Below the pieces are notes generated by a model. That model saw nothing but the letters and a program-made list of their open reading frames with translations, was not told the DNA's origin and made no database searches. Positions 24,401-34,143 of a stretch of 36,378 nt of DNA are shown here, in pieces (the stretch's first letter is position 1; every line of letters begins with the position of its first letter). The stretch lies in contig NC_068996.1 in assembly GCF_001194135.2 (NCBI RefSeq), positions 42,177,126-42,213,503 on the forward strand, written 5' to 3'. Both the position numbers and the translations under genes were made by a program. Origin of the DNA: Octopus bimaculoides. Taxonomy: Eukaryota.

Positions 24401-25221
24401 CCAAGTACACAAAATCATCCACTTCCTGAATCATCTCTCCATCTACGGTGAAGTCACCTTGGTCTGTCCTGTACTTATCCACCACCAAGATCTTTGTCTT
24501 CTTTACATTCAGGAATAGGTCACTCAGTGCACTCATGTCTTTCACTTTGCGTATCATCTGCAGCAATTTGTCCTTGCTGTTACTTATGAGGGTTGTGTCA
24601 TCGGCGTATCTCAGATTGCACATCCTTTCTCCGCCAATCTGCACACCACCATCGTAGTTCTCCTTCACCGCTCTTATGATGTTTTCTGCATAGATGCTGT
24701 ACAGATATGGAGAGAGAACAAATCCCTGTCGGACACCCCTCTCAATGCCGAACCATTCAGTGTCACCGACAGACGTCCTGACAGATGACTGTTGATCTTG
24801 AAATAGTCGCGCCAACAGTGCAACTAAGTGTTCTGGAAATCCCATGTCCTTCATGACGTCACACAGTTTGCTGTGTCTCACACAGTCGAAGGCTATAAAG
24901 TAGCCGTTGAAACACACGTAAAGTGGGATGTTACATTCCTTAAATGTTACATTCGTTGAAGGAGTATTTACGTATTTTTCTGAGTCCATGATTACTACTG
25001 CACTCCCTACTTTTATAGTTATATTATAATCCTCTTTGAGATCATTAATGATTTCTCATTCTTCTCGACGTCATCAGTACTTTAACAAATCAAAAATCAG
25101 ATCCGTTCACGGAAAAAAAAAATTCACTGGATTAAAAAAACGCCGTTACAAGTGAAAATCCCTGCACGCGACGGAAAAAAAATATCGCAGCAACTGTAGC
25201 AAAACCTCTTTTTTATACTAT
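21495..25221 (-). mobile_element. Penelope-like element (RT plus GIY-YIG), 5'-truncated, with an inverted pLTR fragment at its 5' end (25068-25221), split by an RTE insertion
   Basis: GIY-YIG region in ORF 22116-22442 (KLKSGQTF...CASCGGC...KQQIR...TRKIPVSKHL...FFPLY); thumb region in ORF 22533-22946 (NIPLNLARRI...LLDRKYP); RT motifs LVSFDVINLY, GTRVAPTLANLVMAY; N-terminal GSAVVIMDSEKY at ~24975-25010. Segment 25068-25221 is the reverse complement of ~21610-21769. Confidence 0.87.
23853..24955 (-). mobile_element. 5'-truncated RTE LINE nested in the Penelope RT
   Basis: ORF 24015-24989 carries RTE RT motifs (IPLYVCF...AFDCV, GVRQGFVLSPYLYSIYAE, NLRYADDTTL, FVYLGSTI, FEMWCYRRIL), continued by GRRKRGRPP...AEDRGRW in another frame. 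The flanks share a decayed direct repeat TTGAAGGAGT...CGTATT.TTCT.AGTC (23828-23852 and 24956-24986), consistent with a long TSD. Confidence 0.9.
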
Positions 25222-25320
25222 TCAATGCCTCATGGGTGAATTCGTAGACGAAAACTGTGTGGAAAGACTGTTTTATGCACACACACACATACACACGCAC
25301 ACACACACACACATACACAC

Positions 25321-25546
25321 GAGCTGGCAGAAACGTTAGCACGCCGGGCGAAATGCTTAGCGGTGTTTCGTCTGCCGCTACGTTCTGAGTTCAAATTCCG
25401 CCGAGGTCGATTTTGCCTTTCATCCTTTCGGGGTCGATTAAATAAGTACCAGTTACGCACTGGGGTCGATATTATCGACTTAATCCGTTTGTCTGTCTTT
25501 GTTTGTCCCCTCTGTGTGTAGCCCCTTGTGGATAGTAAATAAATAA
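25321..25546 (+). mobile_element. tRNA-derived SINE (family B)
   Basis: GAGCTGGCAGAAACGTTAGC...GAGTTCAAATTCC (B-box-like)...GCCTTTCATCCTTTCGGGGTCGAT...AATAAGTACCAG. A homolog lies at 33928-34143, with degenerate copies near 27782-27855 (-), 28095-28190 and 28650-28725. Confidence 0.88.
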
Positions 25547-25614
25547 CACATACACACGCACGCACACATACACACACACACACACACATACACACACTCA
25601 CACAGAAGATATAA

Positions 25615-25730
25615 ACAGATTGATAGATAGATAAACAGATAGATAGACAGATAGATATAGATAACAAAACAGATGAATAGGTAGATAAATAGACAGGTAG
25701 ACAGACAGATAGATAGATAGATAATCATGT
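25615..25730. repeat. (GATA)n/(GACA)n microsatellite
   Basis: Directly visible. Confidence 0.9.
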
Positions 25731-25795
25731 ATAGATCGATATAGAGATATATATGTATATGATGTGTAGGGGAGGGGGGGCACGCACGTGCGTAG

Positions 25796-25965
25796 GTATG
25801 TTTGTGTTTATCCCCCACCACTTGATAAGTTTGGCCATAGAGCACGATAGAATGAATTTCAAACCTCAAAACGAAGTACTTGGGTCAACTTATTCGATTA
25901 AATCCCTCAAGTTGTTGTCCCTACATGGCCGCAGTCCAGTGAATGAAACAGGTAAAAAATTAAAG
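25796..25965 (+). mobile_element. Old, diverged 3' half of a family-A-related SINE
   Basis: GTGTTTATCCCCCACC...GATAGAAT...GTACTTGGGTCAAC...CATGGCCGCAGTC...GAAACAGGTAAAA parallels the family A 3' half. Confidence 0.6.
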
Positions 25966-26027
25966 ACATCTATGAATAGTGTATGATGCTATTCAAACAC
26001 GGTCAAGCATGAGACAGGCTACGACAA

Positions 26028-27383
26028 TACGAGTTGTTATCAAAATGTTCCCGGGCTAGTTATGTTTTATAAAAAATAATTTATTTACCCAAATTCAACT
26101 TTACGATGAAAGTAAACAAAGTTTTTTTTTTTAATTTTTTATTATTTTTTTTTTTTTTAGAAGTGTTGAGATGTATTGTAAGATAGAGAAATAAATTTAT
26201 TTCTCAAACGCGTGATAATGCTATAAATAGTGTAATCAGGATAAATTATCCATATAATGCAGAAAAATACGTTGCCGGCCAGCCGTTTGAGAAATAAATT
26301 TATTTCTGTATCTTACAATACATCTGAACGCTTCTAAAAAAAGAAAAAAAAAAACTTTCTTTGTTTACTTTCATCGTAAAGTTGAATTTAACGTTAGCGT
26401 CTTATGAAGCTAAATTTATAAGTTCCAAAATTGCAGAAGAATTCGTTGCTGGGCAGTTTGGTTTAATGGTAAAACACTTGACATGTAATCACAGAGATAT
26501 GAGTCTCATGGCTGGCCGGCAACGTATTTTTCCTGATCACGCTATTTATAGCAATATCACGCGTTTGAGAAATAAATTTATTTCTGTATCTTATTTACCC
26601 AAGTTTTAAAATTACTTACTTTGAACTGCAATACACCGGTCTCAGCGTTCCTACCACTTTTGTAATTCGGAATGGAAGTCGTTTTCTATAAGCGAGTCGA
26701 AGACTTTCTGCGATTCGCTCTAGATGTCGACAATGGTGTTAAAAGGGTGACCTTTGAGCTGCATTTTCATCTTGGGGGCAAAGATAAAAGTCTGCAGGTG
26801 CTTAATCTGGCGAATACGGTGGGTGCAGAAGCGATACTATGCTTTTGGCGAAAGGCTCACGAGTGAGGAGAACTCGGTGAAGAATCCAAATCTTTGCGCT
26901 CCACGGATGCGGTCTCTTTCGCGGAATGTCATCCCTCAGACGTTTCAAAACGTCGCAGTAGAACTCTCGATTGAAAGTCTGGCCCTGGAGGACGACATTT
27001 CGATACAAAATACCATATTTCCAGGGATAACGCTCATGGCATATTTTCCAGATCTTTAATCGTCTTCCAGGGACTTTCTTCCGTTTTTGAAGCGCTCGTA
27101 CCACTCGAAACATTGCGTACGACCCATTGCTTTATCGTTGTAAGCTTGTAGAAGCATACTCAATAATGCAAAATTTCACGTTGGCTCTTTGTTCTCGTCC
27201 ATGACAAAACCGAACACTACAGTATACACGTGATCATAAAAAACACACATTTCACAACTTGCGAAATAACAGCCCACTGCCTCGTGAAAGTTAGCGTTAG
27301 CTCTCAATGCGCACGCAGCAGTGTGCTGCCATCTGCTGGCGCGCTACCGAACTAGTCCGTGAACTTTTTGATATCACCTCGTA
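26028..27383 (-). mobile_element. Mariner (Tc1/mariner) transposon, internally deleted and non-autonomous, with a 498-bp insert near its 3' end
   Basis: TIRs: TACGAGTTGTTATCAAAATGTTCCCGGGCTAGT (26028-26060) versus the reverse complement of 27351-27383 (TACGAGGTGATATCAAAAAGTTCACGGACTAGT), with TA at both ends. Transposase motifs: AYNDKAMGRTQCFEWYERFKNGRKSLEDD, GQTFNREFYCDVLKRLR, HPPYSPDLAPADF. The central catalytic region is deleted. Confidence 0.92.
26091..26590. repeat. Nested inverted-repeat insert inside the mariner
   Basis: Arms 26091-26210 and 26284-26389 are inverted. Segment 26509-26590 is an inverted copy of ~26180-26284. The insert is flanked by the direct repeat TTATTTACCCAA (26081-26092, 26591-26602). 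Confidence 0.8.
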
Positions 27384-28217
27384 TATTCAACTGTTCTTTC
27401 TACTTCCATGTTTTCTACATGCCTTTCTTTGTCAACTGTTTGAATAATTATATTTTTGAAATACTGTTTTATTCCGTCTTGCTTTTCATCTTTTAACCGG
27501 GAGGAAGGCAATAACCACGACTTTTCTCGGGACCTCCGAGACAATTAGTGGAAAAGGCAGAAAGTGTCCTCAAATTGAAGTCCAGGCCCGAATGCTTTCA
27601 GCAAAGTAAACTCCGCTAAAGCACACAAAGGGTCACGTGATGGTGTTAAACCGGCTGACGATTTAGGTCTTCCCAAGGAAGTCAGACCAGGTTCTGAAGT
27701 TTAAATGCCATGAACTAGAAAGAAAAATCCAAAAAGCATGTTGTTACGTGATCTTTCAGATCCGCCAAAGCATTGCTCCTGATTGGTACATTATTTTTCT
27801 TAGCTACACTGCAAAGTTGAAGGTCAACGTTGACACTGGCAGAATTTGAACTGAAAGTGCTCCGACTGAATAAATACTCTTGTTTACAAACTGTAAACTA
27901 GAACATTAACCGTAAGTAACAGTCTTCTGTTTAGATTTTCTCTGTTAAGCACTGTCTGGTTTAAGTGCTTTGTCTACATGTGTTTTTGTTTTTTAACAAT
28001 AAACAATCTTTGTCGCTGCGATCATTTCGTTATACACGGCAGTTGACTTGGAGACCCATTGAATTATCAGGAAATTATTTTGAGGTATTTTGCATCGTGA
28101 GGTCAAATGTTGCCGAGATCAAAGTTAGCCCTTTCATACATTTAGGATCAATAAATAATGTATAAGTGAAATAGTGGGATCGATATTTGTTTTGTTTGTC
28201 TCTGTCTTTTTGTCTCT

Positions 28218-28218
28218 T

Positions 28219-28312
<94 letters not shown>
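28218..28312. repeat. (TC)n microsatellite
   Basis: Directly visible. Confidence 0.95.
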
Positions 28313-28313
<1 letters not shown>

Positions 28314-28877
28314 GTCTATCTTTTTCTCTCTTTAAGTCTCACACCTAATAATTGGTCACGCTGCTCTGTGCGATGGTTGTGAGGAGCCCACTCTCTGTGT
28401 TCCCTTCGAAGGGAGAGGGAAAAATAAATTCTAGTTATAGACAACGGGTTCTCAGCTAACATAGTATAAAAGCGTCCAAAAAACAACAACAACAACAACA
28501 AAAATTATTAACACACAGAAAGGTTTGGGTACTGATGGACAGATGTAGCATACACAAAAAAAAAGAAAGAATCTTTGTCATTGGTTTGGTAGAATCGTTA
28601 CAGCGTTTGACAAATTCTCCGTTGCACTTGTTTCTTCCCATCGTTTTCTACGTTCAAATCAATTCAAGGTCCACATTCTCTTCCATTCTCATGGGGTCGA
28701 TAATATAGAGTATCAGTCAAATACTTTGGTTGGTTTAATGAAGTAAAACTAGCCCACTGCCCAAAAACTTTCTGGCCTATTCAACTTCTACAAGATCAGA
28801 ATTATTATATCCATATGTAACTAACCTGAGCAGTTCTGTTACACAAAGTCTATTTTCTATTGATTTTATGTTACTAG

Positions 28878-28970
28878 CAAATCAAAGAACTTGGAACCAA
28901 GAATGATGAGTTTCGGGATACGAAACTCAACATTAGCACAATATTTTTACTTGAACACAATAATTCCATG
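28878..28970 (+). CDS. Candidate internal exon of an unidentified host gene (93 nt)
   Basis: Upstream CTAAC branch-like motif (28821) and a T-rich tract ending ...TTACTAG; downstream CATG|GTATGT. Two frames are open (QIKELGTKNDEFRDTKLNISTIFLLEHNNSM; KSKNLEPRMMSFGIRNSTLAQYFYLNTIIP). No homology was recognised. Confidence 0.35.
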
Positions 28971-29055
28971 GTATGTCTGTATAGTATTCATTCATTATAT
29001 TTTTCTTCCTACAATTGATTCGCTACATACACATACACCTACACACGACCACAGT

Positions 29056-29286
29056 CTCTTTTACTCCTTTACTCTCTTACTCTTTTACTCTTTTACTTGT
29101 TTCAGTCATTTGACTGCGGCCATGCTGGAGCACCGCCTTTAGTCGAGTAAATCGACCCCAGGACTTATTCTTTGGATGCCTAGTACTTATTCTATCGGTC
29201 TCTTTTTGCCGAACCGGGGACGTAAACACACCACCATCGGTTGTCAAGCGATGTTGGGGGGACAAACACAGACACACATACACACA

Positions 29287-29354
<68 letters not shown>

Positions 29355-29517
29355 TACTATGGGCTTCTTTCAGTTTCCGTCTACCAAATCCACTCACAAG
29401 GCTTTGGTGGGCCCGAGGCTATAGAAGAAGACACTTGCCCAAGGTGCCACGCAGTGGGAATGAACCCGGAACCATGTGGTTGGTAAGCAAGCTACTTACC
29501 ACACAGCCACTTCTGCG
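29056..29517 (-). mobile_element. Full-length SINE family A copy with an expanded internal (TA)n and about five (TAAAAGAG)-like tail repeats
   Basis: It aligns with 17545-17944 in reverse orientation. Confidence 0.92.
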
Positions 29518-30712
29518 TCTACACATTTTTCCCCGTCCACCCACACTTCCAAATATTTCATCTTGACATGAGCATTTTACTATAGTATGTCTACTAATGA
29601 TACATAGTTTTTGCTTTTCACCTGAGATGCATTTACCATTTGGTCTTTTCTACCATGCACTACCTGGAATGTGTTAATTTATTCCACAATGCACTTGATA
29701 TTTAGTTCAATATGGTTCTTCATGTACCTAAACTTGATTGTCGCTTCAAAATTATTTCATGATTCATCTGAACCAGTGATTCATTTGAATTAGTAGTTTT
29801 TCTACATTCATTCAATATCTTCTTCCTGGAAAATAGGACTGTACCCAATTGTTGCTGCTACTGCTCCTGCTACTTCTGCTGCTCCTTTTGTTGCTTTTGT
29901 TGTTGATATTGTTTAGCGCCAAGTCAGTTCTGACTGAATCGACCTACAATCAAAAATATTTGAATTATGACCTGCCGTCTCTTTGCATACACATGACTAC
30001 GTTATCTAATTCATCCTTTAATTTTGAAAATAACTGCTTGTAACTTGGGAGAAAATTGACGTCTACTTGTAGCTGCCATGTCAGATATACAAAGCCTTCT
30101 TTAATTGGTTATCGACATTAACATTCAATGTGGAATTCTGATTACGAGACTCATTTGTGTCAAAGTATGGGTTAATTTCTTACACGATAATGCCATCAAC
30201 ATCTGGCGTAAGACAATTATTTCCTTTTGTTTAAATTCTCAGAATACACAAGAACAATATTTTACGCAAATCGTTAGATCTCTCACACTTTCAAGCAACT
30301 CTAGCAACCGATTAAGTACTTTACTCTCATCCATAGCAATATCATAACCGTGAGACGTCTCATATGCAAGCGTATAGTAACTTTAGCTGATATATATATA
30401 CATACATACATACATATACATATATANNNNNNNNNNNNNNNNNNNNNNNNNNNNNNNNNNNNNNNNNNNNNNNNNNNNNNNNNNNNNNNNNNNNNNNNNN
30501 NNNNNNNNNNNNNNNNNNNNNNNNNNNNNNNNNNNNNNNNNNNNNNNTATGTATATATATATATATACACCGCAGTAAGCACATAAATGTGCAACAAGGT
30601 GGAAAAAAGAGTACTCAAATACCAGAGGCAGAGTAATATGGTCTATTTAAAAGCAGCAGAAATATAACAAAAAACTGTATATTTGTTATATTTCTGCTGC
30701 TTTTAAATAAAG

Positions 30713-30783
<71 letters not shown>

Positions 30784-30834
30784 CAGTGTTTTCGTAATCA
30801 ATTTGAAAAAATCCATTGCACGAGTGATTAGCCC

Positions 30835-31462
30835 ATTCCACTGCCAAACTAGGATTGAAAGTCAACCGCGACAAATCAAAAATTATGCGCCTTAATGAAG
30901 AAAACAGCGACCGTATTAAACTAGAAACCGGTTAACTACAGGATGTAGGTAGTAAGATAACGTTCTCAGTCGTCACCGACGAAGATATTAAGACGAGAAT
31001 ATGTAAGGCAAGGACCGCTTTTCACCTGTTAAAAAATGTATGGAGCGCAAGTGTAATTTCAATAAAGAACAAGATAAGAATTTTTAACACTAACGTAAAA
31101 GCGGTGTTATTGTATGGGGCTGAAACATGGAGAACAACAGTTAAGTCAAATAAGCAAATACAATCATTCATCAATAGGTGCTTGCGTAGTATACTTAAAA
31201 TCAGAAGGCCCGAACACATAAGTAATATGAAGCTATGGCAAAGAACACATCAAGTTTCGATTAGGGAACATATATTTAAGAAAAAGTGGAAGTGGATTGG
31301 TAGCACAATTAGAAAGGACACACCAAATGCAGCGAAAAGTGCTTTACAGTGGAATCCGGTTGGATAAAGAAAGAGGGGTAGGCCTAAGAACTCGTGGCGT
31401 AGATCAATACAAAAAGAACTAGAGAAAGGAGGACATTCATGGCAGAGTATAAGTACAGAAGC
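30835..31462 (+). mobile_element. 3' fragment of an RTE-clade LINE (distinct subfamily)
   Basis: LGLKVNRDKSKIM, DIKTRICKARTAF, IFNTNVKAVLLYGAETWRTT...IQSFINRCLRSILKI...KWKWIG...ALQWNP...RKRGRPKNSWRRS. Confidence 0.88.
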
Positions 31463-31472
31463 NNNNNNNNNN

Positions 31473-31505
<33 letters not shown>

Positions 31506-31541
31506 TGAGAGAGTTGGTATGTGAAAGCACGTGACTGGATG

Positions 31542-32199
31542 TATAAAGGACAAAATAAAGTGAAAAAGGTTTCCTTATTTAATCTAACTTGTGTTGGTGT
31601 TCCAATGACACATTTATAGAATGGAAAGATTACAAATTGTGGTAGCATTTGCTTTAGTGAACATATTGAGAAATGCGCAAAGCAACTACTGCCACAATTT
31701 GTAATCTTCCCATTCTATCAATGTGCCATTGGAACACCAACACAAATTAGATTAAATAAGGAAACTTTCTTCATTGAAAAATATAAGCCAAAACTTAACC
31801 ATTTCTAACATTTTTAAATAAGGAAATTCACGTCATTGAAAGAAATTTAAAGCAAAACCTAGCCGCTTGTAACATTCTATTCCTTCTAAACCAAATGATG
31901 TTAAATTAATAAAACCTAGTCATTCTCAACATTTTTTTATTATCTCCCTTATACAGGAAAAATCCCTGATTACCTTCCTCCGTATAGAACTTCATATTTC
32001 ACAACATAGCGAGGACATGATATAATATAGGTATAGAAATTTGAAAAAATTGAAAAGCGAAATTTGAAAGCGGTTATTTTTAAAAAACAACGTTACTATA
32101 CACAAAATTTTATAACATTTTTCTAACAAAATGATTTAAATATATTCTTTAACCATATAACACAAGCCTTCTGTAGTTTTTTCACTCTATTTTGTCCTT

Positions 32200-32203
<4 letters not shown>
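31542..32203 (+). mobile_element. Fold-back Penelope-like remnant (GIY-YIG C-terminus and 3' region, preceded by an inverted copy)
   Basis: SEHIEKCAKQLLPQFVIFPFYQC...RLNKETFFIEKYKPKLNHF* (31655-31808). Segment 31569-31646 is inverted at 31688-31765. Terminal inverted repeats at 31542-31567 and 32178-32203 match at 25 of 26 positions. Confidence 0.8.
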
Positions 32204-32248
<45 letters not shown>

Positions 32249-32322
32249 TATATATGTATGTACGTATGTACTATATATATATGTATATATATCTATATCT
32301 ATATCTATATATCTATCTATCA

Positions 32323-32325
<3 letters not shown>

Positions 32326-32407
<82 letters not shown>

Positions 32408-32502
32408 AAGAAGAAGAAGAAGAAGAAGAAGAAGAAGAAGAAGAAGAAGAAGAAGAAGAAGAAGAAGAAGAAGAAGAAGAAGAAGAAAAAGAAGAAGAAG
32501 AA
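32326..32502. repeat. Compound (AAT)n(AAG)n trinucleotide repeat
   Basis: About 17 AAT units followed by about 41 AAG units. This is the source of the poly-N/K and poly-I/R ORFs. Confidence 0.95.
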
Positions 32503-32550
32503 ATGGAAATTGGATGTTAATTGTTTATTATTAACAGCAAATTAATCATC

Positions 32551-32624
32551 ACCCCTTACAGCTGTTTCAGTGAATATTAAGTAAATATTAAATTTATATA
32601 ACCTGAACATATCTTCAGAGGGTA
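32551..32624 (-). ncRNA. Candidate minimal type I hammerhead ribozyme (probably decayed)
   Basis: Minus strand: TACCCT-CTGAAGA-(43 nt AT-rich)-GAAA-CAGCTG-TA-AGGGGT. This gives a CUGANGA core, GAAA, a palindromic stem III (ACAGCUGU), a GUA cleavage triplet and a 4-bp stem I (CCCT/AGGG). Stem II is not cleanly closed. Confidence 0.45.
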
Positions 32625-32699
32625 AAAATATACCCTTGGATGTTTTATATGTGTTTAGGGATTCATTATAGCAGACTGAATGATGCAGTTTACATATAT

Positions 32700-33015
32700 C
32701 AATAGACCTCTTTGATTACTATTTCATTTTGGTGGGTCCCCATTGCCATTCGATGTCTAAAAACTATTTTTATAGAAACTTCTTTCAAAATTCTTATTTT
32801 ATTTTTCACGCATTCCCTTGTGTAGGTTGAACTATGTAAAATGTGAGAGATAGAAACCAAGCTGATTTTTGCAATACATGCCAATACATATATCTAAAAC
32901 AAAATTTTGTCAGAGGCCCTATTATAGATATTCAATTTACTATTTTGTTGCATGGACTCCCAAAATTCTTATTTGGACTCTAAGGACCCATATGGACTCC
33001 GGTTGAGAACCGCTA
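32700..33015 (-). mobile_element. Probable hAT-type MITE remnant
   Basis: One end reads TAGCGGTTCTCAACC, typical of hAT/Charlie-like termini, with repeated GG(A/G)(C/T)CC subterminal motifs. The other end is eroded. Confidence 0.45.
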
Positions 33016-33270
33016 CCCTAAATAATTCAAAATTGCAAGTTCTTCGTCGTTTACTCGTTTTCTATTTTAAATTCTTTATAATTTATCTGTCATTTTGCTG
33101 CATAATAAGTCTTTATTAGATCCTCAAATTATTAACACTTTTGGTTTTTATAATCTATATGACAAATGTTTCGACAGATAGTTTGTTCATTGATACAAGA
33201 ACTTGTTGAATACTTTCGTTCCTCTTTATAATTAACAATGATTATCCATCTTCTAGCAAGATCATCTTAC

Positions 33271-33370
33271 ATGGAAGATCCTGAATGCGCCGACGAATGG
33301 TGCACAAGTACTTTCTGTGATTGTGATAACGGCTGAGATTCATAAACAGTGAAAAACGCTTGGCAGCCAT
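33271..33370 (-). CDS. Candidate first coding exon: MAAKRFSLFMNLSRYHNHRKYLCTIRRRIQDLP (mitochondrial-presequence-like)
   Basis: The ATG is in a GAAATGG context and is followed by the donor CCAT|GTAAGA. A possible acceptor TTCCAG lies at 33456-33457. The peptide is Arg/Lys-rich with no acidic residue until position 31. No homology was recognised. Confidence 0.35.
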
Positions 33371-33507
33371 TTCACAGTTATACCATTCAGCCGTTCTTCA
33401 TTGTCTCTTTAATCGAAATGCACTTCTGGGTCACGCATAGACTAAGATCGTTCATCTGGAATACGGAATGTTGTCATTGTTTGACAACAATGTTAATGTT
33501 ACCAATA

Positions 33508-33898
33508 TTGTTGTTGTTGGCACTCCGTCGCTTACAACGACGAGGGTTCCAGTTTATCCGATCAACGGAACAGCCTGCTCGTGAAATTAACGTGCAAGTG
33601 GCTGAGCACTCCACAGACACGTGTACCCTTAACGTAGTTCTCGGGGATATTCTGCGTGACACAGAGAGTGACAAGGCTGACCCTTTGAATTACAGGCACA
33701 ACAGAAACAGGAAGAAACAGGGAGAGAAAGTTGTGGTGAAAGAGTACAGCAGGGTTCGCCACCATCCCCTGCCGGAGCCTCGTGGATCTTTAGGTGTTTT
33801 CGCTCAATAAACACTCACAAGGCCCGGTCTGGGAATCGAAACCGCGACCTTATGACCGCGAGTCCACTGCCCTAACCACTGGGCCGTTGCGACTCCAC
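33508..33898 (-). mobile_element. tRNA-derived SINE (family C tail with a different middle), with a (CAA)n tail
   Basis: Head GGCCCAGTGGTTAGGGCAG...GGTTTCGATTCCC (A and B boxes). The 3' part is shared with 18940-19119. Confidence 0.88.
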
Positions 33899-33927
33899 GT
33901 TACCAATATTAAAGTGTTAGATAATGT

Positions 33928-34143
33928 AACGAGCTAGCGGCATCGTTACCGCACTGGGCAGAATGCTTCGCGGCATTTCTTCCGTCTTTACGTTCCAATT
34001 TCAAATTCCGCTGAGGTCAACTTTGCCTTTTACCATTTCGGAGTTGATAAAACAAGTACCACTTGCACACTGGGGTTCGATGTAATCGATTAACCTCCTC
34101 TCCTGAAAATGCTGACCTTGTATCAAAATTTGAAACCAGTATT
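33928..34143 (+). mobile_element. SINE family B copy with an alternative 3' tail
   Basis: Homologous to 25321-25470, then diverges to ...CTGAAAATGCTGACCTTGTATCAAAATTTGAAACC. Confidence 0.8.

Noticed and set aside
24015-24989. 324-aa ORF as a host gene
   Set aside because: It is a chimera: the first ~12 residues come from the Penelope flank/TSD and the rest is truncated RTE reverse transcriptase.
26451-26505. tRNA-like sequence
   Set aside because: It has an A-box-like start but no T arm or acceptor stem. At most it is a decayed SINE head, not a tRNA gene.
28903-28930. ATGATGAGTTTCGGGATACGAAACTC as a hammerhead
   Set aside because: The first core base is wrong, and there is no stem III/NUH or stem I. 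It is only a plain hairpin.
8561-29517. Recurring ~400-bp near-identical blocks as a CRISPR-like or novel dispersed array
   Set aside because: They are dispersed SINE copies in both orientations, with tRNA heads and simple-repeat tails, and no regular spacer structure.
29849-30043. ORF MLLLLLLLL... resembling a signal peptide
   Set aside because: It has a non-ATG (TTG) start and poly-Leu derived from a degenerate CTG/TTG repeat, followed by SINE-tail-like sequence.
32192-32545. Poly-Asn/poly-Lys ORF
   Set aside because: It is the translation of (AAT)n(AAG)n.
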